Origin: Gammaproteobacteria bacterium
GTDB lineage: Bacteria > Pseudomonadota > Gammaproteobacteria > JBCCGL01
DNA length: 64,000 nucleotides
NCBI GenBank assembly: GCA_965277715.1
Contig: OZ255836.1
Coordinates: forward strand, 1,728,001-1,792,000
Reading direction: 5' to 3'
The translations under genes were made by a program, and so were the position numbers. Positions 1-12,602 of the stretch are shown in pieces (within the stretch, counting starts at the first letter, position 1; each line of letters starts with the position of its first letter). A model generated the notes under the pieces. The model had not been told where the DNA came from and did no database searches. It saw nothing but the letters and a program-made list of their open reading frames with translations.

Positions 1-430
1 ACGCCACCATTGCGTACAGTGACAGTGACAACATTTCCAGACCGAGGTAAGCGGTTAACATACTGCCCGATGAAATCATTATCATCATGCCCAGCACACC
101 GAACAAACCCAGCACATAGTACTCACCCTTGAGCATACCGCGATCCTGTAAATACACAGTGGAATAAGCAAATGCCAGTGCAATAATCGCTACCACCCAC
201 ATCTTTAATACACCACTCATTGGATCGATAACAAACGCCCCATCAAACAACCCAGCACCCTGAACAGGCACTTGATACCACAACAATAAAAACGTGCCCG
301 CCAAAGACAACAGTGATAAGTAAAGATTGACCTGTTTTTTGCCCTCTTGCAGAAACAAATCCCACATCAGCACCACACAGGTGCTACAGGCGAGGAATAT
401 TTCTGGCAGCAGAGGAAGATACGTATTCAT
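1..430 (-). CDS. nuoN: NADH-quinone oxidoreductase subunit N (5' part; runs off left edge)
   Basis: ATG at 430 overlaps the nuoM stop (ATGA). Manual translation MNTYLPLLPEIFLA...GEYYVLGLFGVLGMMIMISS...YLGLEMLSLSLYAMVA is typical NuoN; last gene of the nuo operon. Confidence 0.95.
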   Translation of the reverse strand, partial: MNTYLPLLPEIFLACSTCVVLMWDLFLQEGKKQVNLYLSLLSLAGTFLLLWYQVPVQGAGLFDGAFVIDPMSGVLKMWVVAIIALAFAYSTVYLQDRGMLKGEYYVLGLFGVLGMMIMISSGSMLTAYLGLEMLSLSLYAMVA

Positions 431-1956
431 AAAGGCAGCTTCGAGGTGAGGATGTGTTGGAGCAGATTTTCCACCGTCGCATGCATCACTTGCGTCAATA
501 CATCGGGCCACAAACCGAAAAACAGCACACAAATAGCCAACGCCGACAAGAATAGAAATTCGCGGCGATTGATATCCTGTAATTTGGCGACATTATCGTG
601 CACCACATCTCCAAACAGGACCCGCTTAACCATCCACAAGGTATACGCCGCACCAATAATCAATGTGATCGCCGCAAAAAAGGCATACCAGAACCCGGCT
701 TTAAACGACGCCAGTATCACCATGAATTCACCGACAAACCCGGATGTACCCGGCAGGCCCGCATTACTCATGGCAAACAACACCATAAACGCAGCAAAAA
801 CCGGCATGGTATTCACCACACCGCCATAGTCGGCAATTTCGCGTGAGTGAATACGATCGTACATAACCCCCACACAGAGAAACATCGCCGCCGAGATAAA
901 ACCGTGAGAAATCATTTGCATCATCGCACCTTCAATGCCCAGAATGGCGCTGGAGGTTGCGCTGCTATCGGTCTCACCAACCGAAGTGGCCATAATGCGA
1001 AAAGCGAGAAACATGCCCAGTGTGACAAAGCCCATGTGTGATATCGAGGAATAGGCAATCAACTTTTTCATATCAGACTGCACCAACGCCACAAAACCGA
1101 TATACACAACCGCGATCAAAGACAGCACAATCATTAAACCGTCGAGGTACAAGCTGGCGTCCGGGGCAATCGGTAGACTAAAACGCAGAAAACCATAAGC
1201 ACCCATTTTCAACATAATCGCCGCCAGTACCGCCGAGCCACCTGTGGGGGCTTCGACGTGCGCATCAGGCAACCAAGTATGCACCGGCCACATCGGTATT
1301 TTCACCGAGAACGCCAATAGGAACGCAATGAAAATCATTATCTGAGTGTCCAGGTCGATTTTCAGTTGTTGGAAATCATCGATAGAAAAAGTGCCGGTCT
1401 GGTAGTGCAAGTAGATCAGCGCGACCAACATAAATACCGAGCCGAAAAAGGTATACAGGAAAAATTTGATGGTAGCGTAAACGCGATTAGGGCCACCCCA
1501 GATACCAATAATCAAAAACATGGGGATCAGTGTCGCCTCCCAAAACACATAAAACAGAATGGCATCCATCGCGGCAAACACACCGATCATCAACCCGGTC
1601 ATTAACAAAAATGACCCCAGGTATACGGCGGCACGGTCTTGTATCACTTCCCACGCGGAGATAATAACGATAACGGTAATAAACGCCGTGAGGATAATCA
1701 GCGGCATGGCAATACCGTCGACACCCAATGCGTAGTAAACATTAAATGGATCAACCCATAGGCGCGATTCTGTAAATTGCATTTGCGCTGTGCCGGTATC
1801 GAAGTGTGTATACAGCAGCAAGCTCAATAAAAACGTCACCGTGGCAACCGCCAAAGCAGCGGGGCGCGCCAGATTATCGTGCAATAGCAACACCGCGATG
1901 CCACCGATAACCGGCAGCCAGACCAATATGCTCAGCAGTGGCCAATCAAGTGACAT
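427..1956 (-). CDS. nuoM: NADH-quinone oxidoreductase subunit M
   Basis: 509-aa antiporter-like membrane protein with FYVFWE, KIPMWPVHTWLPDAHVEAPT and KKLIAYSSISHMG; operon position. Confidence 0.97.
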   Translation of the reverse strand: MSLDWPLLSILVWLPVIGGIAVLLLHDNLARPAALAVATVTFLLSLLLYTHFDTGTAQMQFTESRLWVDPFNVYYALGVDGIAMPLIILTAFITVIVIISAWEVIQDRAAVYLGSFLLMTGLMIGVFAAMDAILFYVFWEATLIPMFLIIGIWGGPNRVYATIKFFLYTFFGSVFMLVALIYLHYQTGTFSIDDFQQLKIDLDTQIMIFIAFLLAFSVKIPMWPVHTWLPDAHVEAPTGGSAVLAAIMLKMGAYGFLRFSLPIAPDASLYLDGLMIVLSLIAVVYIGFVALVQSDMKKLIAYSSISHMGFVTLGMFLAFRIMATSVGETDSSATSSAILGIEGAMMQMISHGFISAAMFLCVGVMYDRIHSREIADYGGVVNTMPVFAAFMVLFAMSNAGLPGTSGFVGEFMVILASFKAGFWYAFFAAITLIIGAAYTLWMVKRVLFGDVVHDNVAKLQDINRREFLFLSALAICVLFFGLWPDVLTQVMHATVENLLQHILTSKLPL

Positions 1957-1986
1957 ATGTGCCCGACCTTGTCAGCAAAGAGGTGT

Positions 1987-3933
1987 TCAACGAATAAACA
2001 ACCAGGTTAAAAGAAGTAACAGACCTAAAATCATCGCAAATGCATAGTGGTAGAGAAACCCACTCTGGATATGGCGAATCGAAGCCGCCAAACGCCCCAC
2101 ACTACGTGCAGCGCCATTGACAATGCCATCGTCGATTATTTTGATATCGCCCACTTTCCACAGAAACGCCCCAATACGGCGACTGCCATCGGCAAATACG
2201 ACCTGATTGAAATCGTCCAGGTAGTATTTATTATCCAGCAGTTTATGCAGCGCGGAAAACCGCTCCGCCATCTGCTGGGCAATCACCGGTTTGCGCATAT
2301 AAATATACCAGGCTACCAATACGCCCGAAGCCGCCAACCAGGTTGCCGGGCCTGCCAGCCCATGCAGAATAAACGCGATAACCCCGTGGTATTCAATCTG
2401 GCTCAGCACATTGTGTTCAGCGGCAACATAAATTGCATCGGCAAAGTAGTCACCAAACAACATGGGGCCAATACCAATAGCACCGATAATAACCGAGGGT
2501 ATGGCCAGCACAATTAATGGAGCAGTTATCACCCAAGGGCATTCGTGGCAGTGTTCACGGGTATGTTTATCCATGCGCGTTTCACCATGAAATACCATAA
2601 AAAACAGGCGGAAGCTGTAAAGTGCAGTAATGAAAACCCCAAGCAATACTGAGAGATAGGCAAAACCAGAACCGGCGATTTCAGCGTGGCGGACGGCCTC
2701 TATAATGGCATCTTTGGAAAAGAAACCGGCGAATCCCGGTGCGCCAATCAGCGCCAGCGAGCCGATTAACGACACCCAATAGGTTATGGGCATATAGCGC
2801 TTTAAACCGCCCATCTTGCGCATATCCTGCTCGTGATGCAGGGCGATAATCACCGAGCCCGCCGCCAGAAACAGCAGCGCTTTAAAAAACGCATGTGTCA
2901 TTAAATGAAAGATTGCCGCCGAGTAAGCCGAGGCGCCCAGCGCAACGGTCATATAACCCAATTGCGATAATGTGGAATAGGCAACCACTCGTTTGATATC
3001 GTTCTGTACCAGGCCGATCAAGCCCATAAACAAAGCCGTTGAGGCACCGATAACCAATATAAAACTCAGCGCCGTCTCGCTCAATTCAAACAGTGGTGAC
3101 ATACGCGCCACCATAAAAATACCGGCTGTCACCATTGTCGCGGCATGAATCAGGGCAGAGATGGGGGTCGGGCCTTCCATCGAGTCCGGCAGCCATACGT
3201 GCAGTGGAATTTGTGCCGACTTACCCATCGCACCAATAAACAGCAGAATACAGGTCACCGTCATTAGCGACCATTCGGTATCGCCAAACAAGCTGATTGT
3301 CTGCCCAACGAGTGACGGCGCATAGGCAAACACTGCGTCATAATCCATCGAACCTGTAAAGGCGAGCACGGCGCCAATACCCAGCAGAAAACCAAAATCA
3401 CCGACCCGGTTGACCAGGAATGCCTTCATATTCGCGTGAATCGCCGTTGGTTTCTTAAACCAAAACCCAATCAGCAGGTATGAGACCAGGCCAACAGCCT
3501 CCCAGCCAAAAAACAATTGCACAAAATTGTTCGCCATTACCAACATCAGCATGGAGAAGGTGAACAGGGAGATATAGCTAAAAAAGCGCTGATAGCCGGG
3601 GTCTTCGTGCATATAACCGATGGTGTAGATATGCACCATTAGCGAAACACCCGTAACAACGGTCATCATGGTAACGGTCAGACTATCGATCAGAAAACCG
3701 ACCTGAATCGAAAACGTGCCACTGGTTAGCCAGGTGTAAACCGTTTCGTTGTAGGTTTCCCCACCCTCAAAAACAATGTGTGAAAACGCCAACAAAGACA
3801 ACAAAAATGAAATCGCCACCCCAATAATAGTGACCCAATGCGCGCCAGCACGGCCAATTTGCCGACCAAACAACCCGGCAATAATAGCGCCAGCCAGTGG
3901 CGCCAGGGGTATCGCTAAATACAGATTATCCAC
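1987..3933 (-). CDS. nuoL: NADH-quinone oxidoreductase subunit L
   Basis: GKSAQIPLHVWLPDSMEGPTPISALIHAATMVTAG, NRVGDFGF and THAFFKALLF motifs. Confidence 0.97.
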   Translation of the reverse strand: MDNLYLAIPLAPLAGAIIAGLFGRQIGRAGAHWVTIIGVAISFLLSLLAFSHIVFEGGETYNETVYTWLTSGTFSIQVGFLIDSLTVTMMTVVTGVSLMVHIYTIGYMHEDPGYQRFFSYISLFTFSMLMLVMANNFVQLFFGWEAVGLVSYLLIGFWFKKPTAIHANMKAFLVNRVGDFGFLLGIGAVLAFTGSMDYDAVFAYAPSLVGQTISLFGDTEWSLMTVTCILLFIGAMGKSAQIPLHVWLPDSMEGPTPISALIHAATMVTAGIFMVARMSPLFELSETALSFILVIGASTALFMGLIGLVQNDIKRVVAYSTLSQLGYMTVALGASAYSAAIFHLMTHAFFKALLFLAAGSVIIALHHEQDMRKMGGLKRYMPITYWVSLIGSLALIGAPGFAGFFSKDAIIEAVRHAEIAGSGFAYLSVLLGVFITALYSFRLFFMVFHGETRMDKHTREHCHECPWVITAPLIVLAIPSVIIGAIGIGPMLFGDYFADAIYVAAEHNVLSQIEYHGVIAFILHGLAGPATWLAASGVLVAWYIYMRKPVIAQQMAERFSALHKLLDNKYYLDDFNQVVFADGSRRIGAFLWKVGDIKIIDDGIVNGAARSVGRLAASIRHIQSGFLYHYAFAMILGLLLLLTWLFIR

Positions 3934-3935
3934 GG

Positions 3936-4241
3936 CTACCCCTTAATTTCGTTGAGGTCTTCGACGTTAATCGTACTGCGATTGCGAAACAGCAGGACCA
4001 ATATCGCCAAACCAATAGCCGCTTCAGCGGCGGCAACCGTGAGTACAAAGAAGACAAATATCTGCCCGGTGTTGTCGCCGTTAAAGTGCGAGAAGGCGAC
4101 AAAATTCATATTCACCGCCAGTAGCATTAATTCAATCGACATCAACAGTACGATGACATTTTTTCGATTGATAAAAATACCGGCCACGCTTAAACCAAAT
4201 AACACCGCGCCGAGAATCAAAAAGTGTGAGAGCGAAATCAT
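3936..4241 (-). CDS. nuoK: NADH-quinone oxidoreductase subunit K
   Basis: 101 aa; SIELML and [12 protein letters not shown] motifs. Confidence 0.97.
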   Translation of the reverse strand: MISLSHFLILGAVLFGLSVAGIFINRKNVIVLLMSIELMLLAVNMNFVAFSHFNGDNTGQIFVFFVLTVAAAEAAIGLAILVLLFRNRSTINVEDLNEIKG

Positions 4242-4248
4242 AGTAGTG

Positions 4249-4851
4249 TTAGTATTTTTCCGATTTCATCGGGACGATGCGCAAACGATCTTTCTTTTGC
4301 ACGGAAACCTGCTGTACAGGCGACTGGTATTTTGTGTCGGGGCGTTTGCGCATAGTCAGCGCGATGGCAGCGACAATCGCGACCAATAAAATCAGTGCCG
4401 CCACTTCAATATGAAACAGGTACTGGGTGTACATTTCACGGCCAATCGCCTCTGCATTGCTGTAGTCAGCAGACTTTGCCGCAGGGGCTGGAAAGGCATC
4501 CAGTGAGAAATTGCCGCGTACAATAATAACCGCCATTTCACCCACCATGATCAAACCGACCAGAATACCGACGGGCAGATTGCGGATAAACCCTTCACGC
4601 AACGGCTCTACATTGATATCCAACATCATCACCACAAACAGAAACAGCACCATAACAGCACCGACATAAACCAGAACCAGCACGATAGCGAGGAATTCAG
4701 CTTCCAGCAGCATCCACAACACTGAGCAGGTAAAAAAGGTCAGTACCAGAAAGAGTACGGCGTGCACAGGGTTGCGTGCGGTAATCACCCGCAGCGCCGA
4801 GGCAATCAAAATGGCACTGAATACCCAGAATAAGCTGTTGTATACGGTCAC
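4249..4851 (-). CDS. nuoJ: NADH-quinone oxidoreductase subunit J
   Basis: [14 protein letters not shown] and [17 protein letters not shown]. Start moved to GTG at 4851, just after the nuoI stop. Confidence 0.95.
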   Translation of the reverse strand: MTVYNSLFWVFSAILIASALRVITARNPVHAVLFLVLTFFTCSVLWMLLEAEFLAIVLVLVYVGAVMVLFLFVVMMLDINVEPLREGFIRNLPVGILVGLIMVGEMAVIIVRGNFSLDAFPAPAAKSADYSNAEAIGREMYTQYLFHIEVAALILLVAIVAAIALTMRKRPDTKYQSPVQQVSVQKKDRLRIVPMKSEKY

Positions 4852-4858
4852 TTGGTTT

Positions 4859-5347
4859 CTACCGGTAAGGTGCGTCCGCCGCACGGTCTTTGGCGAGTTG
4901 TACTTCGTATTTATCACCCAGTTCGAGCAACATTTCTTTGGTCATAATCTGTTCACCACGTTTTTCAAAGTGGTATTCAAAAACGCGAGTTTCGACAATC
5001 GAATCAACCGGACAGGCCTCTTCACAAAACCCACAATATATACATTTAAATAAATCGATGTCGTAGCGTGTCGTGCGCCGCGTGCCATCGTCTCGCTGTT
5101 CTGATTCAATGGTAATCGCCAGCGCCGGGCAAACCGCTTCACACAGTTTGCAGGCAATACAGCGCTCTTCCCCATTGGGGTAGCGCCGCAGGGCGTGAAG
5201 GCCACGAAAACGTGGCGACTGCGGGGTTTTCTCCTCGGGGTATTGCACCGTGATTTTAGGCTTAAACAGGTGCCTGCCGGTTACCCGCAAGCCACCAAGT
5301 AACTCCCATAACGCTAAGCTTTTAATGTAGCTAATGACGGCATTCAT
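4859..5347 (-). CDS. nuoI: NADH-quinone oxidoreductase subunit I
   Basis: Two 4Fe-4S motifs, [12 protein letters not shown] and [12 protein letters not shown]. Start moved to ATG 5347. Confidence 0.97.
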   Translation of the reverse strand: MNAVISYIKSLALWELLGGLRVTGRHLFKPKITVQYPEEKTPQSPRFRGLHALRRYPNGEERCIACKLCEAVCPALAITIESEQRDDGTRRTTRYDIDLFKCIYCGFCEEACPVDSIVETRVFEYHFEKRGEQIMTKEMLLELGDKYEVQLAKDRAADAPYR

Positions 5348-5351
5348 GGTG

Positions 5352-6392
5352 TTAAGCGCCCAATGCGAACCAGGGTTCGACTTTAAAGTAAATAGCGACC
5401 CCTTCAACGAACACCCAGACGATAGTGATGGGGATAAATACTTTCCACCCCAGACGCATAATCTGATCGTAGCGATAGCGCGGAAAAGTGGCCCGAAACC
5501 AGAGAAACAGGAACAGCATTGCCGAGGTTTTAATCAAAAACCAGTGAATGCCGTCACCAAAGCCGTCGATGGGTGACATCCAACCGCCGAGAAACATTAT
5601 CGCGGTGAGCGCGGCAATCATAATCATATTGGCGTATTCGGCGAGAAAGAATACCGCGAATGCCATGCCCGAGTAATCGATATGAAACCCAGCGACAATT
5701 TCTGACTCACCTTCAGCGACATCAAACGGTGCGCGGTTGGTTTCAGCGACACCGGAAATAAAGTAAACAATAAATAAGGGAAACAACGGCAACCAAAACC
5801 AGTGAAATACTCCCCCGCTCTGCGCGCGCACGATATCGCCGAGGTTCAAACTGCCTCCAACCATCAACACCCCCACCAATGCAAACCCCATGGCGATTTC
5901 GTAGGCGACAATTTGTGCGGCAGAGCGCATGGCGCCGAGAAACGCATATTTTGAATTAGATGCCCAACCGGCAATAATTATTCCATAAACCCCCATCGAC
6001 GTAAGAGCCAGCACATACAATAAACCGGCGTTGACATCTGCCAGCACCAGGCCATCATCAAACGGCACTACCGCCCAGGCCGCCAGTGCGGGCGTTAGCG
6101 AAAGTACCGGTGCAACCAGAAATAAAAACCGGTTCGCATGGCTGGGAATAATAACTTCTTTAGTAAGCAGTTTGAGCGCATCGGCAATCGGTTGTAACAA
6201 ACCTTTTGGGCCTACACGGTTCGGCCCCATACGCACCTGCATATAAGCAATTACCTTGCGTTCGGCAAAGGTGAGATAGGCAACAGTTCCCATCAGCGGC
6301 AATAGGATGACGGTGATTTTAAGTACCGTCCAGACCGTATATTGCACGGCTTCCGGCAGGCTGCTCCAAAGGGATAAGGCAAATTCAAGCAT
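5352..6392 (-). CDS. nuoH: NADH-quinone oxidoreductase subunit H
   Basis: [28 protein letters not shown] and [13 protein letters not shown]. Start moved to ATG 6392 (MLEFAL). Confidence 0.97.
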   Translation of the reverse strand: MLEFALSLWSSLPEAVQYTVWTVLKITVILLPLMGTVAYLTFAERKVIAYMQVRMGPNRVGPKGLLQPIADALKLLTKEVIIPSHANRFLFLVAPVLSLTPALAAWAVVPFDDGLVLADVNAGLLYVLALTSMGVYGIIIAGWASNSKYAFLGAMRSAAQIVAYEIAMGFALVGVLMVGGSLNLGDIVRAQSGGVFHWFWLPLFPLFIVYFISGVAETNRAPFDVAEGESEIVAGFHIDYSGMAFAVFFLAEYANMIMIAALTAIMFLGGWMSPIDGFGDGIHWFLIKTSAMLFLFLWFRATFPRYRYDQIMRLGWKVFIPITIVWVFVEGVAIYFKVEPWFALGA

Positions 6393-8793
6393 CGGCCAAC
6401 TTTCCTGTGGTAGGTTGCCCTGCAGTAGACTGACCTGGCGCCAAAGCCACTTCTGCCTGTGCGGCGCCCAGTGCGGCACTGCTGGGCATTCCCATCGGAA
6501 TCCAGGCACAACCATCGGCAAGTGCCGTATCGATTGTTACCGATAAGGTTTTAGTGGCGCCCTGCTGGGTGACCACGACCTCATCGGCCCCGTTCAGGCC
6601 AATAGCATTCGCACTGCCTGGTGATAAGCTGATGCCCGTAGGATTGGCATCGGCCGTGCGCTGTAAAGCCGTTGCACGGCGGGTGAGCGGGTCACTCGCG
6701 TAAATAGGCACATCACCTGTGCGTACCATTGCCCCGGTATTGCACGCTGACACAGAAACAGCACCCAGCGCCCGCTTATTGTCCAGTTGCACATTGAGAC
6801 AATGTTGTTTTAGCTCGCCACGTACATCATCACTGGACAGGTAATCAAAACCATCGATGTTCAGGTGGTTAGCCAACACCCGCAACACCTTCCACGCCGG
6901 GCGGGACTCACCACGGGCTGCAACCGCGCCTTTAAAAGACTGCCAACTGCCTGCTGCATTGACAAAAGTACCCGATGTTTCAGCAAATGTAGCCACCGGC
7001 AATATGATACTGGCACATTCACGCAATGCCTCACTATCAAAGCTGGTCAGGGCAATTAATGCATCGGCCTGGCCTAATGTAGCCACCGCTGCCGCGCCTG
7101 CACTGCTATCCATATCAGGGTCTATCGCTAGTAACAAATAGGCTTTTAAAGCGTGTTCCAGCATATCTGCGGCGTGTTTGCCTTCGGGCTCACTGGTGGC
7201 ATTTCCGGCGGCGCTACGATGCGGTACACAACCACTCAGCCAGGCACCTGCGGTATTGCCCGCTTCAGGCAAATAGCCAAATACAGCGTCGCTACTCATC
7301 GCTATCGCCTGAGCCAACGCCCGCAGCGCCGAAAAATCGCTGTGACTAACCGCACTATTACCCAGTACCACCCAGGTTTTCTCGCCCTTTTTGAGGCTGT
7401 CGGCAATACGTTGATGTTGTGGACTAATCGTGGCCGCACGCGCACCGGAAACGTGGGATATATCAGCCCCCAGTGCGTTGGCGATTGCCATCAGTTCGGC
7501 CACCATCGCATAGGGGTGCACCCCCATATTGACACAGGTATCAAATTGCTGGGCGTGGGCACGCGTATTTAAAAAGCTGATTTGCGCGCCTTTAAGAGCC
7601 GATTTGCGCAATCGATGTGCCGCAATCGGTTGTTCTTTACGCGGATTGGAACCAATTAATAATGCGGCATCAAGTGTGTCGATAGCATCGATTGGCATAC
7701 CTAACCAGGGCATGACCGGCGCTTTTTGTTGATCGCTAAAATCACGCTGGCGCAAGCGGTGATCGATATTGTTACTGCCCAGTGCACGGGTTATTTTCTG
7801 GGCGAGGTATTGTTCCTCCAGTGTGGCGATAGGCGAGATCAGCGTACCCAATTGATCGCCACTTGCAGCAATCGCTTCAGCCGCTGCCGATAGCGCTTCA
7901 TCCCATTCGACCGATTGCCACTCACCGCTCTTTTTGAGCATCGGTGTCAACAGCCGTTGTTTGCTGTTAATCGCCTCGTAACTGAAACGGTCGCGGTCAG
8001 AAATCCACGCTTCGTTGATCGATTCATTGTCGCGTGGCACTACGCGCATCACATCGCCGCGCCGCGAGTGGATGTAAATGTTCGACCCCATGCTGTCGTG
8101 TGGCGCCACCGAGGCATGCTGGGTCAATTCCCAGGGTCGTGCAGTGTAACGGGAGGGTTTTGCTGTTAGAGCGCCCACCGGACACAGATCGATAACATTA
8201 CCGGACATCTCTGAGGCAACACTTTTTTCGATAAATGTACCGATGCGTGAATTTTCACCACGCCCCGTCATACCCAGCTCGCGCAACCCGGCAATCTCTT
8301 CACCAAAGCGGACACAACGGGTGCAGTGTATACAGCGTGTCATCTCTGTGGATATTAATGGGCCGATGTATTTATCAAAGACGACGCGCTTAGTTTCGCT
8401 GTATTGCGAAACACCACTACCGTAACCCATCGCCTGATCCTGTAATTCACACTCTCCCCCCTGATCGCAGATGGGGCAGTCCAATGGATGGTTGATCAGC
8501 AGAAATTCCATCGTCGATTTTTGTGCGTCGAGCGCCCGTTCAGAACGTGTATGCACGACCATGCCAGGCATAATGGGTGTCGCGCAGGCGGGCAAGGGTT
8601 TCGGCGCCTTTTCAACATCGACCAGGCACATTCGGCAGTTGGCCGCCACCGACAATTTCCGGTGGTAGCAGAATCGTGGCACATCAATACCCGCCTGGTC
8701 GGTGGCCTCAATCAACATGGCGCCCTTGCGCGCCTGCAGAGGCTGCCCATCGACAGTAATTTCCACTAATTCTTCGTTAACGGCGTCACTCAT
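6385..8793 (-). CDS. nuoG: NADH-quinone oxidoreductase subunit G
   Basis: Fe-S motifs [30 protein letters not shown] and [11 protein letters not shown]. Confidence 0.97.
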   Translation of the reverse strand: MSDAVNEELVEITVDGQPLQARKGAMLIEATDQAGIDVPRFCYHRKLSVAANCRMCLVDVEKAPKPLPACATPIMPGMVVHTRSERALDAQKSTMEFLLINHPLDCPICDQGGECELQDQAMGYGSGVSQYSETKRVVFDKYIGPLISTEMTRCIHCTRCVRFGEEIAGLRELGMTGRGENSRIGTFIEKSVASEMSGNVIDLCPVGALTAKPSRYTARPWELTQHASVAPHDSMGSNIYIHSRRGDVMRVVPRDNESINEAWISDRDRFSYEAINSKQRLLTPMLKKSGEWQSVEWDEALSAAAEAIAASGDQLGTLISPIATLEEQYLAQKITRALGSNNIDHRLRQRDFSDQQKAPVMPWLGMPIDAIDTLDAALLIGSNPRKEQPIAAHRLRKSALKGAQISFLNTRAHAQQFDTCVNMGVHPYAMVAELMAIANALGADISHVSGARAATISPQHQRIADSLKKGEKTWVVLGNSAVSHSDFSALRALAQAIAMSSDAVFGYLPEAGNTAGAWLSGCVPHRSAAGNATSEPEGKHAADMLEHALKAYLLLAIDPDMDSSAGAAAVATLGQADALIALTSFDSEALRECASIILPVATFAETSGTFVNAAGSWQSFKGAVAARGESRPAWKVLRVLANHLNIDGFDYLSSDDVRGELKQHCLNVQLDNKRALGAVSVSACNTGAMVRTGDVPIYASDPLTRRATALQRTADANPTGISLSPGSANAIGLNGADEVVVTQQGATKTLSVTIDTALADGCAWIPMGMPSSAALGAAQAEVALAPGQSTAGQPTTGKLADA

Positions 8794-10100
8794 GCGGCGT
8801 CACCCAGTTTTTCAGCGACAAGGCTACGCTTGTGCTCGATGTAGTATTCAAATTCGTGGCGGTAGTGTTTGATAAAGCTGCGCACCGGCATCGCCGCCGC
8901 ATCACCCAGGGCGCAGATAGTGCGGCCCTCTATTTTATGGGCGACATCGTCGAGCCTGTCCAGGTCTTCCGGCAGGCCTTTACCGTCGACAATGCGACAC
9001 AGCATACGGTACAGCCAGCCCGTTCCTTCGCGACAGGGAGTACACTGACCACAGGACTCAGAGAAATAAAAGCGGGAAATACGCCGTAGGGTCTTGACCA
9101 TATCGGTGCTTTCGTCCATTACGATCACCGCACCAGACCCCAGCATTGAGCCGACACTGGCAATCGAGTCGTAGTCCATATTGACCTGCAACATCTGCTC
9201 ACCAGGCACCACTGGCACCGAGGAACCACCCGGAATAACCGCCTTTAATGGCGTGCCATTGAGTACACCACCGGCCATATCCAACAGTTCGGCAAACGGA
9301 GTACCGAGGTTGATTTCAAAGTTACCGGGGTTATTAACATGGCCAGACACTGAGAACAGTTTTTGCCCCCCCGCCCTTTCGATACCCATATCGGCAAACC
9401 ATTGCGCACCGTTGCGCATAATCGCGGGCACAGAGGCAATCGATTCGGTATTGTTAATTGTCGTTGGTCTACCGTATAAACCGTAGTTAGCCGGGAAAGG
9501 TGGTTTAAAGCGTGGCTGGCCTTTTTTGCCCTCCAGCGATTCCAGTAGTGCAGTTTCCTCACCACAGATATAAGCCCCCGCACCGAGCGCACCATAGACA
9601 TCGATATCGATACCACTGCCTTTGATGTTCTTACCCAGCCAGCCATTGTCATAGGCCTCGGCAACCGCCTGTTCAAAACGGGTGGCCACTTCGTCCATAA
9701 ACTCACCGCGCATATAGTTGTAGGCAACACTGGCGCCAATCGCATAGGCGCCAATCGCCAGGCCCTCAACCAGAGCGTGTGGATTAAAGCGAATTAAATC
9801 ACGGTCTTTACAGGTGCCTGGTTCAGATTCGTCTGAGTTACACACCAGGTAGTTCTGGCTACCATTAACCGGCTGAGGCATAAAACTCCATTTCAGACCA
9901 GTGGGAAACCCTGCCCCACCCCGGCCACGCAAGCCAGAGGCTTTCACTTCGTCGATCACATCCTTCTGTGGTATCTTTTCACTGAGGATTTTCTCCCAGC
10001 CTGTGTAACCACCCGTTTTCAGGTAGTTTTCATATGTCCAGGGCTGCTCAAACTGCAGCGTGGTAAAACAGACTTGATTGGTCAGTGTCGCCATTCTCAT
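8790..10100 (-). CDS. nuoF: NADH-quinone oxidoreductase subunit F
   Basis: SGLRGRGGAGFPTG, GAGAYICGEETAL and ESCGQCTPCREG. Start may instead be 10094. Confidence 0.97.
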   Translation of the reverse strand: MRMATLTNQVCFTTLQFEQPWTYENYLKTGGYTGWEKILSEKIPQKDVIDEVKASGLRGRGGAGFPTGLKWSFMPQPVNGSQNYLVCNSDESEPGTCKDRDLIRFNPHALVEGLAIGAYAIGASVAYNYMRGEFMDEVATRFEQAVAEAYDNGWLGKNIKGSGIDIDVYGALGAGAYICGEETALLESLEGKKGQPRFKPPFPANYGLYGRPTTINNTESIASVPAIMRNGAQWFADMGIERAGGQKLFSVSGHVNNPGNFEINLGTPFAELLDMAGGVLNGTPLKAVIPGGSSVPVVPGEQMLQVNMDYDSIASVGSMLGSGAVIVMDESTDMVKTLRRISRFYFSESCGQCTPCREGTGWLYRMLCRIVDGKGLPEDLDRLDDVAHKIEGRTICALGDAAAMPVRSFIKHYRHEFEYYIEHKRSLVAEKLGDAA

Positions 10101-10597
10101 TCCAATCCGTCGAGGATATCATCGACCTTTTCAGGTGTCAGATGAGTGTGGTAAACGTGATCGACCTGCATCATCGGCCCGCCGGAACACGCGGCCAGAC
10201 ACTCCTCTTCAACTTTCAGATAAATGCGGTTATCCGCTGTGCTCTCGCCAAGTTTAATGCCCAGCTTGCGCTCGATATGATCGACAATCCGGTCACTGCC
10301 CATCAACATACAACTGATATTGGTACAGATCGCCACATTGTGGCGGGCCACCGGCTTCAATTCGTACATCGAATAAAAACTGGCCACCTCGTAAACGGCT
10401 ATTTTTGGCAGATCGAGATAGTCGGCCACCGCGTCCATCAGTTCAACAGTGAGGTAGCCTTCGTTCTGATGCTGTGCTTCGCGCAGGGAAGTCAATACAG
10501 CCGAGCGTTTTTGATCGTCGGGAAAGCGCGCCAAACAGGCATCGATGGCCTCGAGGGTGTGCTGTGAGAGTATTGATGTAGCGGCTTCAGTGCTCAT
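10097..10597 (-). CDS. nuoE: NADH-quinone oxidoreductase subunit E
   Basis: 2Fe-2S ligands CTNISC and ECLAAC; EVASFYSMY. Confidence 0.96.
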   Translation of the reverse strand: MSTEAATSILSQHTLEAIDACLARFPDDQKRSAVLTSLREAQHQNEGYLTVELMDAVADYLDLPKIAVYEVASFYSMYELKPVARHNVAICTNISCMLMGSDRIVDHIERKLGIKLGESTADNRIYLKVEEECLAACSGGPMMQVDHVYHTHLTPEKVDDILDGLE

Positions 10598-11850
10598 CGG
10601 TCAATCTCTCCGAAAACAATATCCTGTGTGCCGATAATGGCCACCGCATCAGACAGCATGTGGCCACGCGCCATTTCGTCAAAGCCCGATAGGTGCGCAA
10701 AACCCGGTGCACGGATTTTTAGCCGGTACGGTTTGTTTGAACCGTCTGAAATCAAGTAGGCACCAAACTCCCCTTTAGGGTGTTCAACCGCCGCATAAGC
10801 TTCACCTGGCGGCAAGGTAAACCCTTCGGTAAAGAGTTTAAAGTGATGAATCAGGGCTTCCATATCGGCTTTCATCTCCTCACGACGCGGCGGCGCCACT
10901 TTGTGCCCCCCCGCCTGAATAGCGCCACCGGGGTTGGCGCGCAACCAGTCGATACACTGGCGAATAATGTGATTGGACTGGCGCATTTCCTCCATGCGCA
11001 CCAGGTAGCGATCATAAGAATCACCGTTAGTGCCAACGGGAATATCAAATTGCATACGGTCATAGACTTCGTAGGGTTGTTTTTTACGCAGATCCCATTC
11101 GACCCCTGAACCGCGCAACATTGGCCCGGTAAACCCAAGCTGCATAGCACGCTCTGGCGAGACGACACCAATGCCCACTGTGCGTTGTTTCCAGATACGA
11201 TTATCCGTTAACAGGGTTTCGTATTCATCTACATACGCGGGAAAACGCCGGGTAAAGTCCTCGATAAAATCGAGCATCGACCCTTGTCGATTGTCATTGA
11301 TCTTGTCTATTTCAGCACGGCTGCGCCAGCGCGAGGCCTGATATTTTGGCATATCGCCTGGCAGGTCGCGGGCGACACCGCCTGGGCGGTAGTACGTTGC
11401 GTGTAAACGGGCGCCAGATACGGCCTCATAGCAATCCATCAAGTCTTCACGCTCGCGAAACGCGTATAGAAACATGGTCATCGCCCCGACATCCAGCGCG
11501 TGTGCACCAATCCACAACAGGTGGTTGAGAATGCGGGTTATTTCATCGAACATCACCCGGATATATTGAGCGCGCTCTGGGACTTCAACACCGAGCAGTT
11601 TCTCAATCGCCAATACATAGCCGTGCTCGTTGCACATCATCGATACGTAATCGAGCCTGTCCATATAGCCGATGCTTTGGTTGTAGGGTTTGCTCTCGGC
11701 GAGTTTTTCAGTACCCCGGTGCAACAGGCCAATATGGGGATCGGCGCGTTGAATCACTTCGCCGTCCATTTCCAATACCAGGCGCAAAACGCCGTGTGCC
11801 GCCGGATGCTGCGGGCCAAAATTGATGGTGTAATTGCGAATTTCAGACAT
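10594..11850 (-). CDS. nuoD: NADH-quinone oxidoreductase subunit D
   Basis: [27 protein letters not shown] and C-terminal DIVFGEIDR. Confidence 0.98.
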   Translation of the reverse strand: MSEIRNYTINFGPQHPAAHGVLRLVLEMDGEVIQRADPHIGLLHRGTEKLAESKPYNQSIGYMDRLDYVSMMCNEHGYVLAIEKLLGVEVPERAQYIRVMFDEITRILNHLLWIGAHALDVGAMTMFLYAFREREDLMDCYEAVSGARLHATYYRPGGVARDLPGDMPKYQASRWRSRAEIDKINDNRQGSMLDFIEDFTRRFPAYVDEYETLLTDNRIWKQRTVGIGVVSPERAMQLGFTGPMLRGSGVEWDLRKKQPYEVYDRMQFDIPVGTNGDSYDRYLVRMEEMRQSNHIIRQCIDWLRANPGGAIQAGGHKVAPPRREEMKADMEALIHHFKLFTEGFTLPPGEAYAAVEHPKGEFGAYLISDGSNKPYRLKIRAPGFAHLSGFDEMARGHMLSDAVAIIGTQDIVFGEIDR

Positions 11851-12572
11851 CAGGATTCGCTCACAGGCGGCGTAGCTTCATTGAGGTAGCGGTTGTCTTC
11901 GCGCACTACTTTGGGCACCAGTACACGCGGTTCGATAGTAACAGGCTGGTACACCACACGGCCCTTTTTCGGGTCGTAGCGCATTTCAACATGCCCGACA
12001 AGTGGAAAATCTTTACGGAACGGGTGGCCGACAAAACCGTAATCGGTGAGTAACCGACGTAAGTCACTATGGCCATCAAACAAAATACCGTACAGATCAA
12101 ACGCCTCGCGCTCATACCAATCGGCACCATTCCAGACAGACGTTACCGACGTAATAACCGGGAAAGACTCATCTTCAGCATAGCTGCGCACCCGCAAACG
12201 GTGATTGTGTTTGTATGACAACAAATGCAACACCACGGCATAGCGGCGTGGATCGTTATCACCGGCGTCACCCTCATCACCAAAAGACAAACGCCCCGCG
12301 CTGGCACCCTCAACCCCACGGCTAAACCCCGTATTACTGGATTGATTAGTGGCCCACTCTTCATTGCCATATTCGGAATAGTCTACACCGCATAAATCGA
12401 TCAACTGTTCAAAGGCAAACGCTGCCTCATCTTTCAGGGCCTGGCATACGTTCAGGTAGTGGGCGGGCTCGACCTCAATAGTCACTTCACTATTCACCAG
12501 TGAACCTGAAATCAACGTATCGGCAAAGCGCGTTTGCAGTGTATCGAGCAGTTGTTGTCGGGTTTGGTTCAT
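11850..12572 (-). CDS. nuoC: NADH-quinone oxidoreductase subunit C
   Basis: [19 protein letters not shown] and [10 protein letters not shown]; separate from NuoD. Confidence 0.97.
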   Translation of the reverse strand: MNQTRQQLLDTLQTRFADTLISGSLVNSEVTIEVEPAHYLNVCQALKDEAAFAFEQLIDLCGVDYSEYGNEEWATNQSSNTGFSRGVEGASAGRLSFGDEGDAGDNDPRRYAVVLHLLSYKHNHRLRVRSYAEDESFPVITSVTSVWNGADWYEREAFDLYGILFDGHSDLRRLLTDYGFVGHPFRKDFPLVGHVEMRYDPKKGRVVYQPVTIEPRVLVPKVVREDNRYLNEATPPVSES

Positions 12573-12602
12573 TCGATTGGTGTCAATTAATAATCGTAGT
12601 GC